A stretch of DNA of 64,000 nt, from NCBI GenBank assembly GCA_010405405.1, contig MU004233.1, positions 1,862,566 to 1,926,565 of the forward strand, in the 5' to 3' direction. The position numbers were made by a program, and so were the translations under genes. Positions within the stretch are counted from its first letter, which is position 1. Every line of letters begins with the position of its first letter. The notes below the pieces were generated by a model. That model ran no database searches. It was not told where the DNA came from and saw nothing but the letters and a program-made list of their open reading frames with translations. Source of the stretch: Microthyrium microscopicum. Lineage: Eukaryota. Of this stretch, positions 51,325 through 61,600 are shown piece by piece.

Positions 51325-51988
51325 AAGGATGGGAGTCTAATCTAATGTGTGCTATTCTCTTCCGGAAATTGTCTAATTTCAAAAACTGTTCTGTTTCGCG
51401 TGCCGATGGGTACAAAAGCATGGTTTGCGATCAGCGCGAATGGGATTGTTGGTATTTACAAGAATGCGGTGCGGTGTGTGTAGTTTGACAAATGTAGATT
51501 TTGCGGGTATGGGATATTCGTGGTTAAAATCTTGGGCGTTTGAGGGGTGTGTTGTGTTCGTTGCGTATGTGTATGATTAGTTTGTTGTCAAGTAGGTTAT
51601 TTACTTGATGTTTTTTGTAATCATGTTGATGTGATGTTCTTTGGGCTCTTGGAGTTCAGATGATGTCTATACGTCTGATTGCCAGAGAATCCACTGCATT
51701 TGAAGCTAAAACAAGAGATGAACTGCAGAGGCTCTATGGCGGTGGATAAGCTGGAAGTTTCAGAACAAGACCTAAGGTTAGTAATGGGTGCAAGTCTTTA
51801 TTGTCCTGACTGCGGCCATCGTAAGGTGATATCAAAGGCGCACAGGCGATTCCTTCAGCACGTTCTTCGCGCGCGTCCCTTGAAATCCTATCTCAACTTC
51901 GTCCGTAGCTTTTCAACCCCCTTTCCTCCATGTCTCACAAATATTCCTATTTTGATGCTCCATCATATGCTTACTTAGGCGCTTTCGA

Positions 51989-53414
51989 ATGATTTCCATT
52001 CTTCGAAGAGCTCGTAATTTTCTAAGGTCTCCAGCGCCACCCTGGAAATATCCAACCACTGGCTTTCCCATCCTTGACAAGAGCTTAGTGATCGAGGAGG
52101 AGCGACAGCCATTGTACTCCTCGACAACATTCTACCCGGCAAAAATTGGCGAGGTCTTGAACACAAGGTACCAGATTGTGGGTAAGCTAGGTTACGGGGG
52201 CTATTCTACAGTATGGTTATGCCGCGACCTTGTGTTAGTCTTCATCCCGGCCAATGTTGATTTTAGCTGACTTCAGTTAGGGACCATGACTATGTTGTCT
52301 TGAAACTTTGTCGCAGTGATGCGCCTAACATTAGAAGGGAAATTGACATATACCGGCGACTTAACAGCGTCAGAGCGAAACATGCTGGTACGACAGTAGT
52401 TCGAAAGATGCTTGATAACTTTGAGCACCAAAACCATGGATACAGCTTCCCGTGCATTGTCCATAAGCCCTTGGGGATGAGTTTGGCCGAGCTCAGAAGC
52501 AGGTGTTCAGGTAAAAAGCTTCCAGAGCAGTTTTTGAAGGCCACACTGATACATATTCTCATTGGCTTGGATTTCCTCCACACCAATGCCAAAGTTATTC
52601 ATTGCGGTAAGCCTGGTTTTCGTACACGCAGCTTCTTACTGATTCTCAAAGACATTCAGGAGAAAAATATCTTCCTTGGCATAGGAAACAAATCTATTCT
52701 CGATGAGTTTGCGAAACACGAGCTGGAATATCCAACGCCGCGAAAGGTGGATGGCACCCGCATCGTGTACGAGTCAAGAGACCTCGACAATACCCCAAAT
52801 CCAGGGCGCCCTGTTCTTACAGATTTCGGAGAGGCTCGGTTGAATGAAGGTTCTCATTCTGGCCTTATTCAACCAACTCAGTACCGAGCTCCAGAGGTTC
52901 TCTTTAGGCTGCCATGGAACCATAAGGTTGATATTTGGAATCTTGGAGCAATGGTTAGCGTTACTTCTCTTCTCCCTCTGAATCTTCCACTGATATGCGT
53001 AGATATGGGACTTGTTCGAGGACCGTAACATGTTTAATGCTAGGAATCAGAAAGGCGAAGTGTCGATAGAACACCACTTGGCACATATTGCCGCACTGCT
53101 TGGCCCTCCCCCAGCCGATCTGATCCAAACGAGCGATATCGCACAGGGGTACTTCAATCTAGACGGTGAGCTTCATAGTTCTGTAACGGTCAAAGGACTT
53201 GACTGACTGGTCGGAAGGGTCTTGGAAAGGAACGGTGAAAATACCCGACGACAGCCTTGAGGAATCCGAGCACAATCTAGCAGGCGAGAATAAAGCCCTG
53301 TTCCTAGCTTTCATGAGGAAGATGATGAAGTGGAGGCCGGAAGAGAGGAGTGGAGCCATAGAGCTGCTGGCAGATACTTGGCTTCGGGACGGAGACCATT
53401 TTGCAGACCAATAA
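51989..53414 (+). CDS. SRPK/Sky1-like CMGC protein kinase (expanded fungal subfamily); about 5 exons
   Basis: RYQIVGKLGYGGYSTVWLCRD, YVVLKL, IHC|DIQEKN, LTDFGEAR, IQPTQYRAPEV, VDIWNLG, KMMKWRPEER. GT-AG introns restore the frame. Confidence 0.88.
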
Positions 53415-54129
53415 CTGCAGCTAAGCTCAACTGAAAGTACTAGCAATTTGACGCGACTCTTGACTATACTCTTATCGAGGTTCCGGTCGCGCTTACGCAA
53501 CTACTGGTTGTGGCCGGAATTCCATCACACATGCTCATGTATGGGGTCCTTAGAATTCTCTCATGGGATAACGATGCTCCTAGTACATATAGAGCTTGGC
53601 TCCGAGAATTGGGTCGCCGAGGCACTGGGAGCTCGAGCTCCGGGGAGAGAATAGCTTCGAGGAGAAGCAAGATCATAACAGAACAAACCTCTGGAGCCAT
53701 TGCTGGTCCCTAGGTAGCGAGTCTGATTGGGGGCGTATCGAAGTCAGTCAGCTCTCAACAACTCACCACCCGCCTACTGGGTCCTAATTTCAGACCTTCT
53801 TCGTGCTGCCCAGAGGGACATGTGATTGTTGAGGAGGCAGATGGATGACATTGTGAAAAGTGGGAAGCAGCAAGGCTGGAGTTTCCGTAAGTTATTTGAT
53901 TATATCGTGTTTATCAAATCAGAATGATCAATCCGCCATTGATTGATCCCGGGTACTACTTCGATATGACATGAAGACGACGAAGATTTCGGATCGATTG
54001 TTAACTCAACATGTTCGATCAATATGGCGATTTACTTTTCTGATATTGCTTGTAGTTGGTTACATGTATAGAGTCCGACCACCAATCCGCCCTGAATGAT
54101 CAGAAAAGTCAAGATCTACAATAAACATC

Positions 54130-54648
54130 TCATGTCGACCTCAACCGCCCGGCCTGCCCATCCATTCGTCGTCTCGATTCCCGATCAACGTAATCCATCA
54201 TCAGCTCCTTCCAAGCCTTGACCACATCCTTGATCCGTGTATCCATCTGCCCATGCATGCTACACAACAAACACTCAGCCAGTTCTTTCAACTTTTCCAC
54301 CACTTCTGGTCTATTCCAGCGACACTGCATTCGCGCCAGCTCCGCCAGCAGATAGCGGCCTCGTGCCAATTGCTCCGGTGAGATGTCCCGCAAACAGCGT
54401 TTACGTCCTTGGCTGGTTCGGCCAACGCATGTTTGGGAAGAGTGGTAGCGTTGATAGGTGGTAGTTGGGATCTTGTAGGGCATACCGTCATCGTCTTCCT
54501 TGACTTTCTTGCTTTTTTTGTTCTTGGACTCAGGGCGGTCATCTTCCATGGGATTGCGGATTCGGAGGACGACTACGGGATCCCAATGTTTGGTGCTGGT
54601 GGTTGTGATGGGCTGGGTGTCATTGATATTGGAAATCTTTTGAGACAT
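54130..54648 (-). CDS. Hypothetical protein with TC-x10-C...LC-x2-H putative Zn-binding domain (paralog 1)
   Basis: Intronless ORF with WDPVVVLRIRNP, TCVGRTSQGRKRC, LAECLLCSMH, W. TATAAAA upstream near 54755. Confidence 0.7.
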   Translation of the reverse strand: MSQKISNINDTQPITTTSTKHWDPVVVLRIRNPMEDDRPESKNKKSKKVKEDDDGMPYKIPTTTYQRYHSSQTCVGRTSQGRKRCLRDISPEQLARGRYLLAELARMQCRWNRPEVVEKLKELAECLLCSMHGQMDTRIKDVVKAWKELMMDYVDRESRRRMDGQAGRLRST

Positions 54649-55230
54649 GATGAAGTGTTTTGTGTATAGCAATAGGTGTTAGGTAATAGAGCAGCAGCTA
54701 ATACAATGTTGATTGCTGGTGGATGTTTGGCTAGGAATTGAATAGATAATCCGATTTTATAGCTATTGTTTTGGAATCATGTATACACATAATGGCAAAT
54801 GACTTTCATTCACGGAATGATGTAGCGTTCCCGTTCACAAAAGGGATCAATTGTCACGATAGAACCGGTCATGGATCGCACCCCATTGTCATTCCTAGCG
54901 TAGGGGACCGCAGAGCAAGTCGGATGACGACAACTTCAGGAGTTTAACAGCATATAGGCTTGTACAAAGACCTCCTAGTATAGTTGCTAGCATAATTGTC
55001 ACCAGCTATTTGCTTTTTGTGTTAATCGGGATAGGTTTATGTGTAGACAACTACATGAGACTTACCATATAAGCTCCCATATTTTCTTAGATGATAGAAT
55101 TTGGATCAGATTCCAGCTTCATCTGCCAAAAGTCACCAGCGACGAACCAGTACTGACACTCCTATACAAATTGGGTATTTGTGTAAACATCTCCTATTCA
55201 CTCAGTATCGGCAACTCCTGACCTGGTACC

Positions 55231-55674
55231 ATGAGCACCAGCACATCTGAACCATTCAAGCCAGTTCTCTGGCAGCCAAGAATCGTCCTCCGCCTAACAA
55301 ACCCGCGATTCAACGCACCAACTTGTGTGGCCAAGTTAGCTAAGGAAGAAGAACGGTGTACAATCGCAGTCAATAACGTCACCACCAACGAAACCTTCGC
55401 TGCCCAGAGAGCCCTCGACAGCATATCTTTTCTAGACCCCAGAGATGAAGATGATATTGACAAAATGATGGGTCCACTGGCTCTGATTGCCCGTGTGTGG
55501 CTCTGTGCAGATCATCAGCAGGACGAGAATGACATTATGGATCTGTGGATGCGACGAATTGCCGAGTTTGCTATTTGGAATCGCGAGAAGTGGGAGGGAG
55601 AGTGGGATGGAGCGCCAGAGCCTATGCCGGTAGACTATCCACCGCCTAGAGAAGAGTGGGAAGACATCAGTTGA
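55231..55674 (+). CDS. Hypothetical protein with TC-x10-C...LC-x2-H putative Zn-binding domain (paralog 2)
   Basis: Intronless ORF with WQPRIVLRLTNP, TCVAKLAKEEERC, IARVWLCADH, W. Confidence 0.7.
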   Translation: MSTSTSEPFKPVLWQPRIVLRLTNPRFNAPTCVAKLAKEEERCTIAVNNVTTNETFAAQRALDSISFLDPRDEDDIDKMMGPLALIARVWLCADHQQDENDIMDLWMRRIAEFAIWNREKWEGEWDGAPEPMPVDYPPPREEWEDIS

Positions 55675-56024
55675 TACTTGGCGGAGTCATTCATGAAGGT
55701 GCAGCGGACCAGGAGTTGTAGTTGAGCTTACAGACACCACATAGCAGAGACGGTATGCTGCTGCGTCGAGAATCAAATGACAGAAGTCGGTAATGTGAGT
55801 CTGTATAAAGCGTCATGACCTCTTTTCGCCTGATCCTTAAATATCAATTGGTGTTGGAATGGCAGGCGATGACCTCTCAAAGAGATAGACGTTGAATGCA
55901 GTTTAGTCTATCAAATAAATACAGTCGTTGACTATAAAACCATCCATATTGTCCAGTGTATTTTAACATCAACCTCGACATCAAACTTCGATTCTTCATA
56001 TCTGATATCAAGAAACTTCTCACC

Positions 56025-57068
56025 ATGTCTGACTCCAAGACCAAGAACAGCTTCTCCAAAACCAACAAAAATGACTCTGATACCGAGAGCAAAAGCTCCA
56101 ACACCAGCAACAGTAACTCCAACACCAACAACAATGACATGAGCGCCGCACCAGCTGCCCAAGCTGCCCAAGCCGCCCAAGCCGCAGCAAACCGGGAGTC
56201 CGAAAGAGAGAAACATCCTTTCTCCAGCCGGGTCCGAGGACTTTGGGATCCTGCAAAGCTTTTCAAACTGGAAAAGACTCTCAAGCAATTTGACACTGGA
56301 GGAAAGCATGGCTTTGAGGAGACGAGCTTCTACACATGTCAAGCAATCCATCCGGACTTAAGGGGAACTCTTTGCAACAATCCAGCACCATGCCAAAGCA
56401 AAGATGATCCAGCCTGGCGCCTTCTTGACCAGCTTCGGCAAAACACACCAAACGCAATTGGCTTTCGGGACAAAATGAGCAAGGCCGCTCGCGGCTTTCT
56501 ATGCCATGAGCATATGTATGCTGAGCCACTACATAGAGAGCTTTGTCTACGCTGGCGGGGACTTGTCAAATGGGCGGAGGCAGAGGATGCGAAGGCGGGG
56601 AGGGAGATTGTGAGAAAGCTAAAGGAAGCAGAAAAGCAAGCAGCAGCGCAAGTACACCGGGCAAATAAGCGGGATGTAAAGGCACAAATGAAAGCGGCTG
56701 CTGCAAAGAAAGGTTCTGCTGTGGCTAGTCCAAAGACCGCTGCTACATCCAAGAATGCCGATTCTCCAAAGGGCGCCTCTCCAAAGGGCATAGCATCGCC
56801 AAAGGACGTCGTAGCTCCAAAGAGCGTAACATCTCCAAAGGGCGTCGCTTCTTCACAAGGCGCCGCTTCTCCTAAACGAATTACCTCTCCACAACATTCT
56901 TCTCCCTTGGGACCTACTCCAAAAGAATCAAAGCGTTCTTCTCTAGGCAAAGCCTCTCCTGTCGGACAAGTTGCTTCACCTACTGGAGACCAATCTCTCA
57001 CTCCTGAGAAGAAGGCAACTCCATCACCAGCCGGGGAGAAGCGTCATAAGAGTAGACCGTCTAGGTAG
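56025..57068 (+). CDS. Hypothetical protein with TC-x11-C...LC-x2-H domain plus basic SPK-repeat tail (paralog 3)
   Basis: Intronless ORF with WDPAKLFKL, TCQAIHPDLRGTLC, AARGFLCHEH, W, then Ala/Lys-rich and SPKx repeats. TATAAAA at about 55933. Confidence 0.72.
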   Translation: MSDSKTKNSFSKTNKNDSDTESKSSNTSNSNSNTNNNDMSAAPAAQAAQAAQAAANRESEREKHPFSSRVRGLWDPAKLFKLEKTLKQFDTGGKHGFEETSFYTCQAIHPDLRGTLCNNPAPCQSKDDPAWRLLDQLRQNTPNAIGFRDKMSKAARGFLCHEHMYAEPLHRELCLRWRGLVKWAEAEDAKAGREIVRKLKEAEKQAAAQVHRANKRDVKAQMKAAAAKKGSAVASPKTAATSKNADSPKGASPKGIASPKDVVAPKSVTSPKGVASSQGAASPKRITSPQHSSPLGPTPKESKRSSLGKASPVGQVASPTGDQSLTPEKKATPSPAGEKRHKSRPSR

Positions 57069-57912
57069 GGGCTCTTGGGTGGTTGGATATGGTTGCTAGG
57101 TCTTCTTGTGTATTGTGTGTCTGTACTGTAATCTTGATCAGATGTCATTTTTAGTTAGTGGGTAGTAACACAGAATTGCAAACTTGTGTTCCTGAATTGG
57201 TCAAGGTATCATGATCTACAAGTGAATGTGATCTTGTCCTCGTGTTAATATCGTTATGATCTTATGATGAAATCAATTCTCCAGAGATATGATTTATGCC
57301 TCTAGCTCCAGATGTAAACAACCGAATTTTTGGTCCCTGACAATTCAGGGGTAGTGGGGAACAGGATGCTGATGTCAAGTTGCAGCCATTCGGTCAGCGC
57401 GGCCGACGATATCCCTTCACACTGGTAGTCAATATGATAATTTGGCACTCTCTACTCCAAGATTTGACGATTAAAAAGACAAAGTCAAATCCATAGAGGT
57501 TGGAGAAGAAAGGTAAGAGTCTGAAATTGAAGCTCGAGAGCATTGAAGTAAGGGTGACACGGCAATTTCCGAGCCAATCAGTTCGTAGCGCTCAAACCCA
57601 AAAGTTCGCGACGTTAGGCAATCTCATCGCGCGACATATACCTCAATATCAGTCGTAAAGTGGTCAGACGACGATTTACGTTGATTACAAAAGTGTCACC
57701 AATGGGTCAGCTGAATCAAAATGAAGCCGACTGTTGACTTCCGCCCCTCCAACCCCTTCAATATTTCATCTCTTTCACGTAGAACCTTAAGGTATGCACC
57801 CATTGCATCTTGATAGAAAAACCCTTTACCAGTTTTATAGGCTTAAGCACGGGACACCAGCATCATAGTAGTCTACTGCCTGGGAGAAAGGTCAACACCA
57901 CAAAAGTCAACC

Positions 57913-59712
57913 ATGACCATCTCCCCAAAATTCAAGCATCATCCCCTGGATCTTCGATGTGCAAGTTTGCAAGCATGGACGCTGGAAGGCAGCGCATTCG
58001 GATCTGGCCCTATCGAAAATCTGGGCCTCGAAGCTGGCTTCCCTCTTGGCATGCCTGTCATCAGTAGCCACGGCAAGCCATCGAACACCAGCGGTGTAGC
58101 ACGATCAGACGCGTTCGTCGTGACTGCTCAATACCTGGACTTGCTTATCTCAGGAGGCGACCATGAGTTCACTACTTGCATCAAGTTGCTCGTTGACGGC
58201 AAAGTCGTGGCAAACGATACGGGCAGGCGATCTGCAGCAGCTCATCCCACCACCCTCGATCTGTCTGCATGGATTGGTAGACTGGTTCAGGTAGAAATTG
58301 TCGACAAGTCGAACGTTGCGGAGCCTAATCGTGATTGGAGCTGGATTCGAATAGGAGGTATGCGGATGGTTAGTACCCCAGCTGTCCCTATATGCCGTCA
58401 GCCACTGTATCGGGAAGCTCTGCGACCTCGAGTTCACTTCACTGCTCGACAATGGACCATGTGCCGCAACGAGCCAGGACATCGACAAGAAGGCTGGCTC
58501 AATGATCTCAACGGCCTTGTCTGGTTCGATGGAGAGTATCACCTCTTCGCCCAACGATGGAACAAATGCTGGATTCATGCAGTTAGCACCAACCTCGTCC
58601 ATTGGACTGAACTCGAACCGGCTTTCTTCGAAGAAGGTCTCGAGACCGGCGTACAATCGGGTAGCTGTGTCGTTGACTACAACAACAGCTCAGGACTCGG
58701 CGATGGGAAGACGCCTCCGATGGTTGCTTTCTGGTCGCGCAACGACAATCGGTCGCAGTGTATGTCCTACAGCCTTGATCACGGCCGAACGTGGACTCAC
58801 TGGAAAGACAACCCGCTGATGGTTATCCCAGAGCGTGATCCGATGGTATTCCGAGACCATAGACGCAAAAGATGGACAATGGTTCTCTACGGCGAAAGTC
58901 GCTACCATTTCCTCATCTCAGATAATCTTCTGCACTGGGAGGTCACAGGCCAAATCATCAACGACAGCTTTGAGTGTCCTGACTTCTTTGAACTCCGAAT
59001 TAACGGTGTAAAAGAAACAAAATGGGTTCTAGTACGCGGCAATGGTCACTACTCCATTGGAACTTTCGACGGACTCGGATTCAAGGAGGAGACAGGCCAG
59101 CTCCAACCCGACGTTGGTAACAACTTCTATGCAACACAGAGCTGGGCAGCTGGCACTGGAATTGCACCTCGTCGAATTCAAGTTGCATGGGTACAAGGCA
59201 GTCGATTCCCTCAGATGCCCTTCAACCAACAAGTCAGCATTCCGTGTGATCTAACCCTTCGACGAACAGCTCAGGGGCTCCGGCTTTTTCGCACTCCTAT
59301 ACCAGAACTTGTTTCTCTTGAGACCCGAGAGCACATATGGGTAGATCACAAAATGAAAGACGGAGAAGTCTGGGGTATTGGAACTCGATACTCAGCTTTC
59401 CGACTCCGTGCAACTTTCAAGGCTGAAATTACGACCGAGTTGGAACTCCGCTTGAGCGGGTCGACCATTGTCATAGCTGGGTCGAAGTTTCATGGCTCCG
59501 TTGGATCTGGGACGGTGTCGGTACCTATCTCTGAAGTTGACATTATTGTTGATATTGCCTCCATCGAGCTTTTCGTAAATGGCGGCGAACTTTCAGCAAC
59601 GACCAGCAATTTTGCAGGACAGCCTGATGTTGTCCTGACTGCCCACAGTGGCAATGTTCTCATTGAACATATTCGAATCACTGAGCTAAAGTCAATTTGG
59701 ACCGGAGAATGA
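57913..59712 (+). CDS. Glycoside hydrolase family 32 (levanase/beta-fructosidase-like), intronless, bacterial-type architecture, no signal peptide
   Basis: 599-aa ORF with catalytic motifs WLNDLNG, QSGS, RDP and FECPDFF, plus NFYATQSW and the C-terminal IIVDIASIELFVNGG sandwich. Confidence 0.92.
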   Translation: MTISPKFKHHPLDLRCASLQAWTLEGSAFGSGPIENLGLEAGFPLGMPVISSHGKPSNTSGVARSDAFVVTAQYLDLLISGGDHEFTTCIKLLVDGKVVANDTGRRSAAAHPTTLDLSAWIGRLVQVEIVDKSNVAEPNRDWSWIRIGGMRMVSTPAVPICRQPLYREALRPRVHFTARQWTMCRNEPGHRQEGWLNDLNGLVWFDGEYHLFAQRWNKCWIHAVSTNLVHWTELEPAFFEEGLETGVQSGSCVVDYNNSSGLGDGKTPPMVAFWSRNDNRSQCMSYSLDHGRTWTHWKDNPLMVIPERDPMVFRDHRRKRWTMVLYGESRYHFLISDNLLHWEVTGQIINDSFECPDFFELRINGVKETKWVLVRGNGHYSIGTFDGLGFKEETGQLQPDVGNNFYATQSWAAGTGIAPRRIQVAWVQGSRFPQMPFNQQVSIPCDLTLRRTAQGLRLFRTPIPELVSLETREHIWVDHKMKDGEVWGIGTRYSAFRLRATFKAEITTELELRLSGSTIVIAGSKFHGSVGSGTVSVPISEVDIIVDIASIELFVNGGELSATTSNFAGQPDVVLTAHSGNVLIEHIRITELKSIWTGE

Positions 59713-60483
59713 AACCTCTCAACCGCTCGACAAAATTACTCGCGTGCTCCCATTAGCTTCGCTGGTGCTCACTAACGCTACCACCTAGCAGAAGAAGCTA
59801 TATTTCTCCTAGAACTTCGCAAGCCTTCTCAGGCTGAACGCCCTCTATGGTAGATGAGCGCTCGATAATAGAGCATATTGCTTGGGAGCCATGGGATTCA
59901 AAGAAACACGCCAGTCATTCGTCTATCGGTTGACCTCCATACTCTGAGGCACAAGGCTTGAAGGTACGAAGCGGTTTTGAAGGCTTCTTACAACCATTCA
60001 CATCGCTATAAATAAAATTTTGGAACAGTATAGTCCGGTATGAGCCGTGTTGCAATTGCGCCCAAAAATCTAGCTGGCTCAAATTTGCTGGCTTGGGATT
60101 CTAGACAGATCAATGTTTCCCAAGGTTTTTCTGGTGGCTTAGCTGTAGGCGCCCTGCAATGTCTCCTATATTGGCTCTCGATCTTGGCTCATCTTTTGGC
60201 GCAGCTGTCGCCTTACTTCTGGACGAATTAGAAGCCATGATAGTTTTCACACCATAACAATTGTGGCTTCACATGCAGGAAGGATCTGCGCCTCAGCCTG
60301 ATGAAAGTCGGATTCAACTGGAAATGTTCTCTACCAAGAAGATCGTAGAAAAAGTAAACATTTTGGTGTGAACTCAGGGAGAGTTCTTAAGATGTATAAG
60401 TTTCCAAAGTTTTGACATCGCCGCGATGCAAGTTCACAATAATCACGATATTGAAACTTCATAAACTCACTGTCAAGACGAAC

Positions 60484-61380
60484 ATGGCAACTTCCCACTT
60501 CAATATTTTAGCCACTCCCATCCTACTTTTACTTACCTCCTTTTTCTTCAATGCCGTTTCAGCGGCTCCTATCCATTTCGATTTCGGTGAATGGCTCAAA
60601 GGCGAATTATTTCCCAAAGCAGGAGCCAACATCAACAGCGAACTCCAGTGTTACTCACTTCCATATGGCGGATATGGATTCCTCAGTCACGTTCTAACAT
60701 ACTATACGGTCATTTGCACTATGTTTGGCCGGCGACCATTCGCGCCCTGGAGTGAACTTCAAAAAGGCAGATTCGACATCTTCCTTACCATATTTTCCAC
60801 ACTCGGCACTATCATCCCCGCCAGTTTCACAATCTCATCCTGCCGAAACCGCTGGCAATTCATCCTTCTAGGCGTATGGAAGCTCATGCTAGCTCTCTGC
60901 TCCAACTTTTCCGTCCTACACCAAGCAATCGCAGTCAGAAACGGCGGCGCACATACGGATGGCGAAGCAGCTTGGACTTTGATCGTGTACATACTTGGGA
61001 CCATCATCGGCCTCGTCGGACTGTTCTCCCTAGTAGCGGAAGGGATACCGTATGACAGTAAAATTCGCATTGTCACGTACGTTTTTGGTGGCATCGTGGG
61101 TGTACCCGCTATAGCGTTTACGATGTGGTTGATTTGGTGTTTATTTGCGTCACCCTTTATATGGTGCTGTGCGTACGACAGAAAGTCTAAATATGCTGCT
61201 ACCTGGGGAGGGGTGTCGTTTTCGATCTTCGTTGGATTGTTTACGTTGTTAGCTGCGTTTTATAGCGATTGGTCTCTTGCGGCGATTACGCATAATTGGT
61301 CGGGGAGCCCAAGCGATGATAATAAGGTTCTGTATTGGACATATTTTGCTGCGAAAAGGCTTCTGCTGTTTGTTTGGTAG
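60484..61380 (+). CDS. Conserved-looking fungal multi-pass membrane protein of unknown function
   Basis: Signal peptide, LQCYSLPYGGYGFLSHVLTYYT, about 6-7 hydrophobic helices, AFYSDWSLAAI..NWSGSPSDDN..LYWTYFAAKRL. Confidence 0.75.
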   Translation: MATSHFNILATPILLLLTSFFFNAVSAAPIHFDFGEWLKGELFPKAGANINSELQCYSLPYGGYGFLSHVLTYYTVICTMFGRRPFAPWSELQKGRFDIFLTIFSTLGTIIPASFTISSCRNRWQFILLGVWKLMLALCSNFSVLHQAIAVRNGGAHTDGEAAWTLIVYILGTIIGLVGLFSLVAEGIPYDSKIRIVTYVFGGIVGVPAIAFTMWLIWCLFASPFIWCCAYDRKSKYAATWGGVSFSIFVGLFTLLAAFYSDWSLAAITHNWSGSPSDDNKVLYWTYFAAKRLLLFVW

Positions 61381-61600
61381 GTTATATGGTATAGACAGTT
61401 ATACGAACGAGATACTGCTAGTGAATGGCAATGATAATGTAAGACAAAAATCCTCTTTTCAGCCTGATGGCAAATTGCCACAATGCTAAAGGCAAGGAAA
61501 GGGTAATGAAGAGCGTTAAGGAGTCCAATGAGTGAAATAGAATGCACAGATCATTGTACAAACAGCAAAGATATGATTAATTACAAAGCGCACACACACT

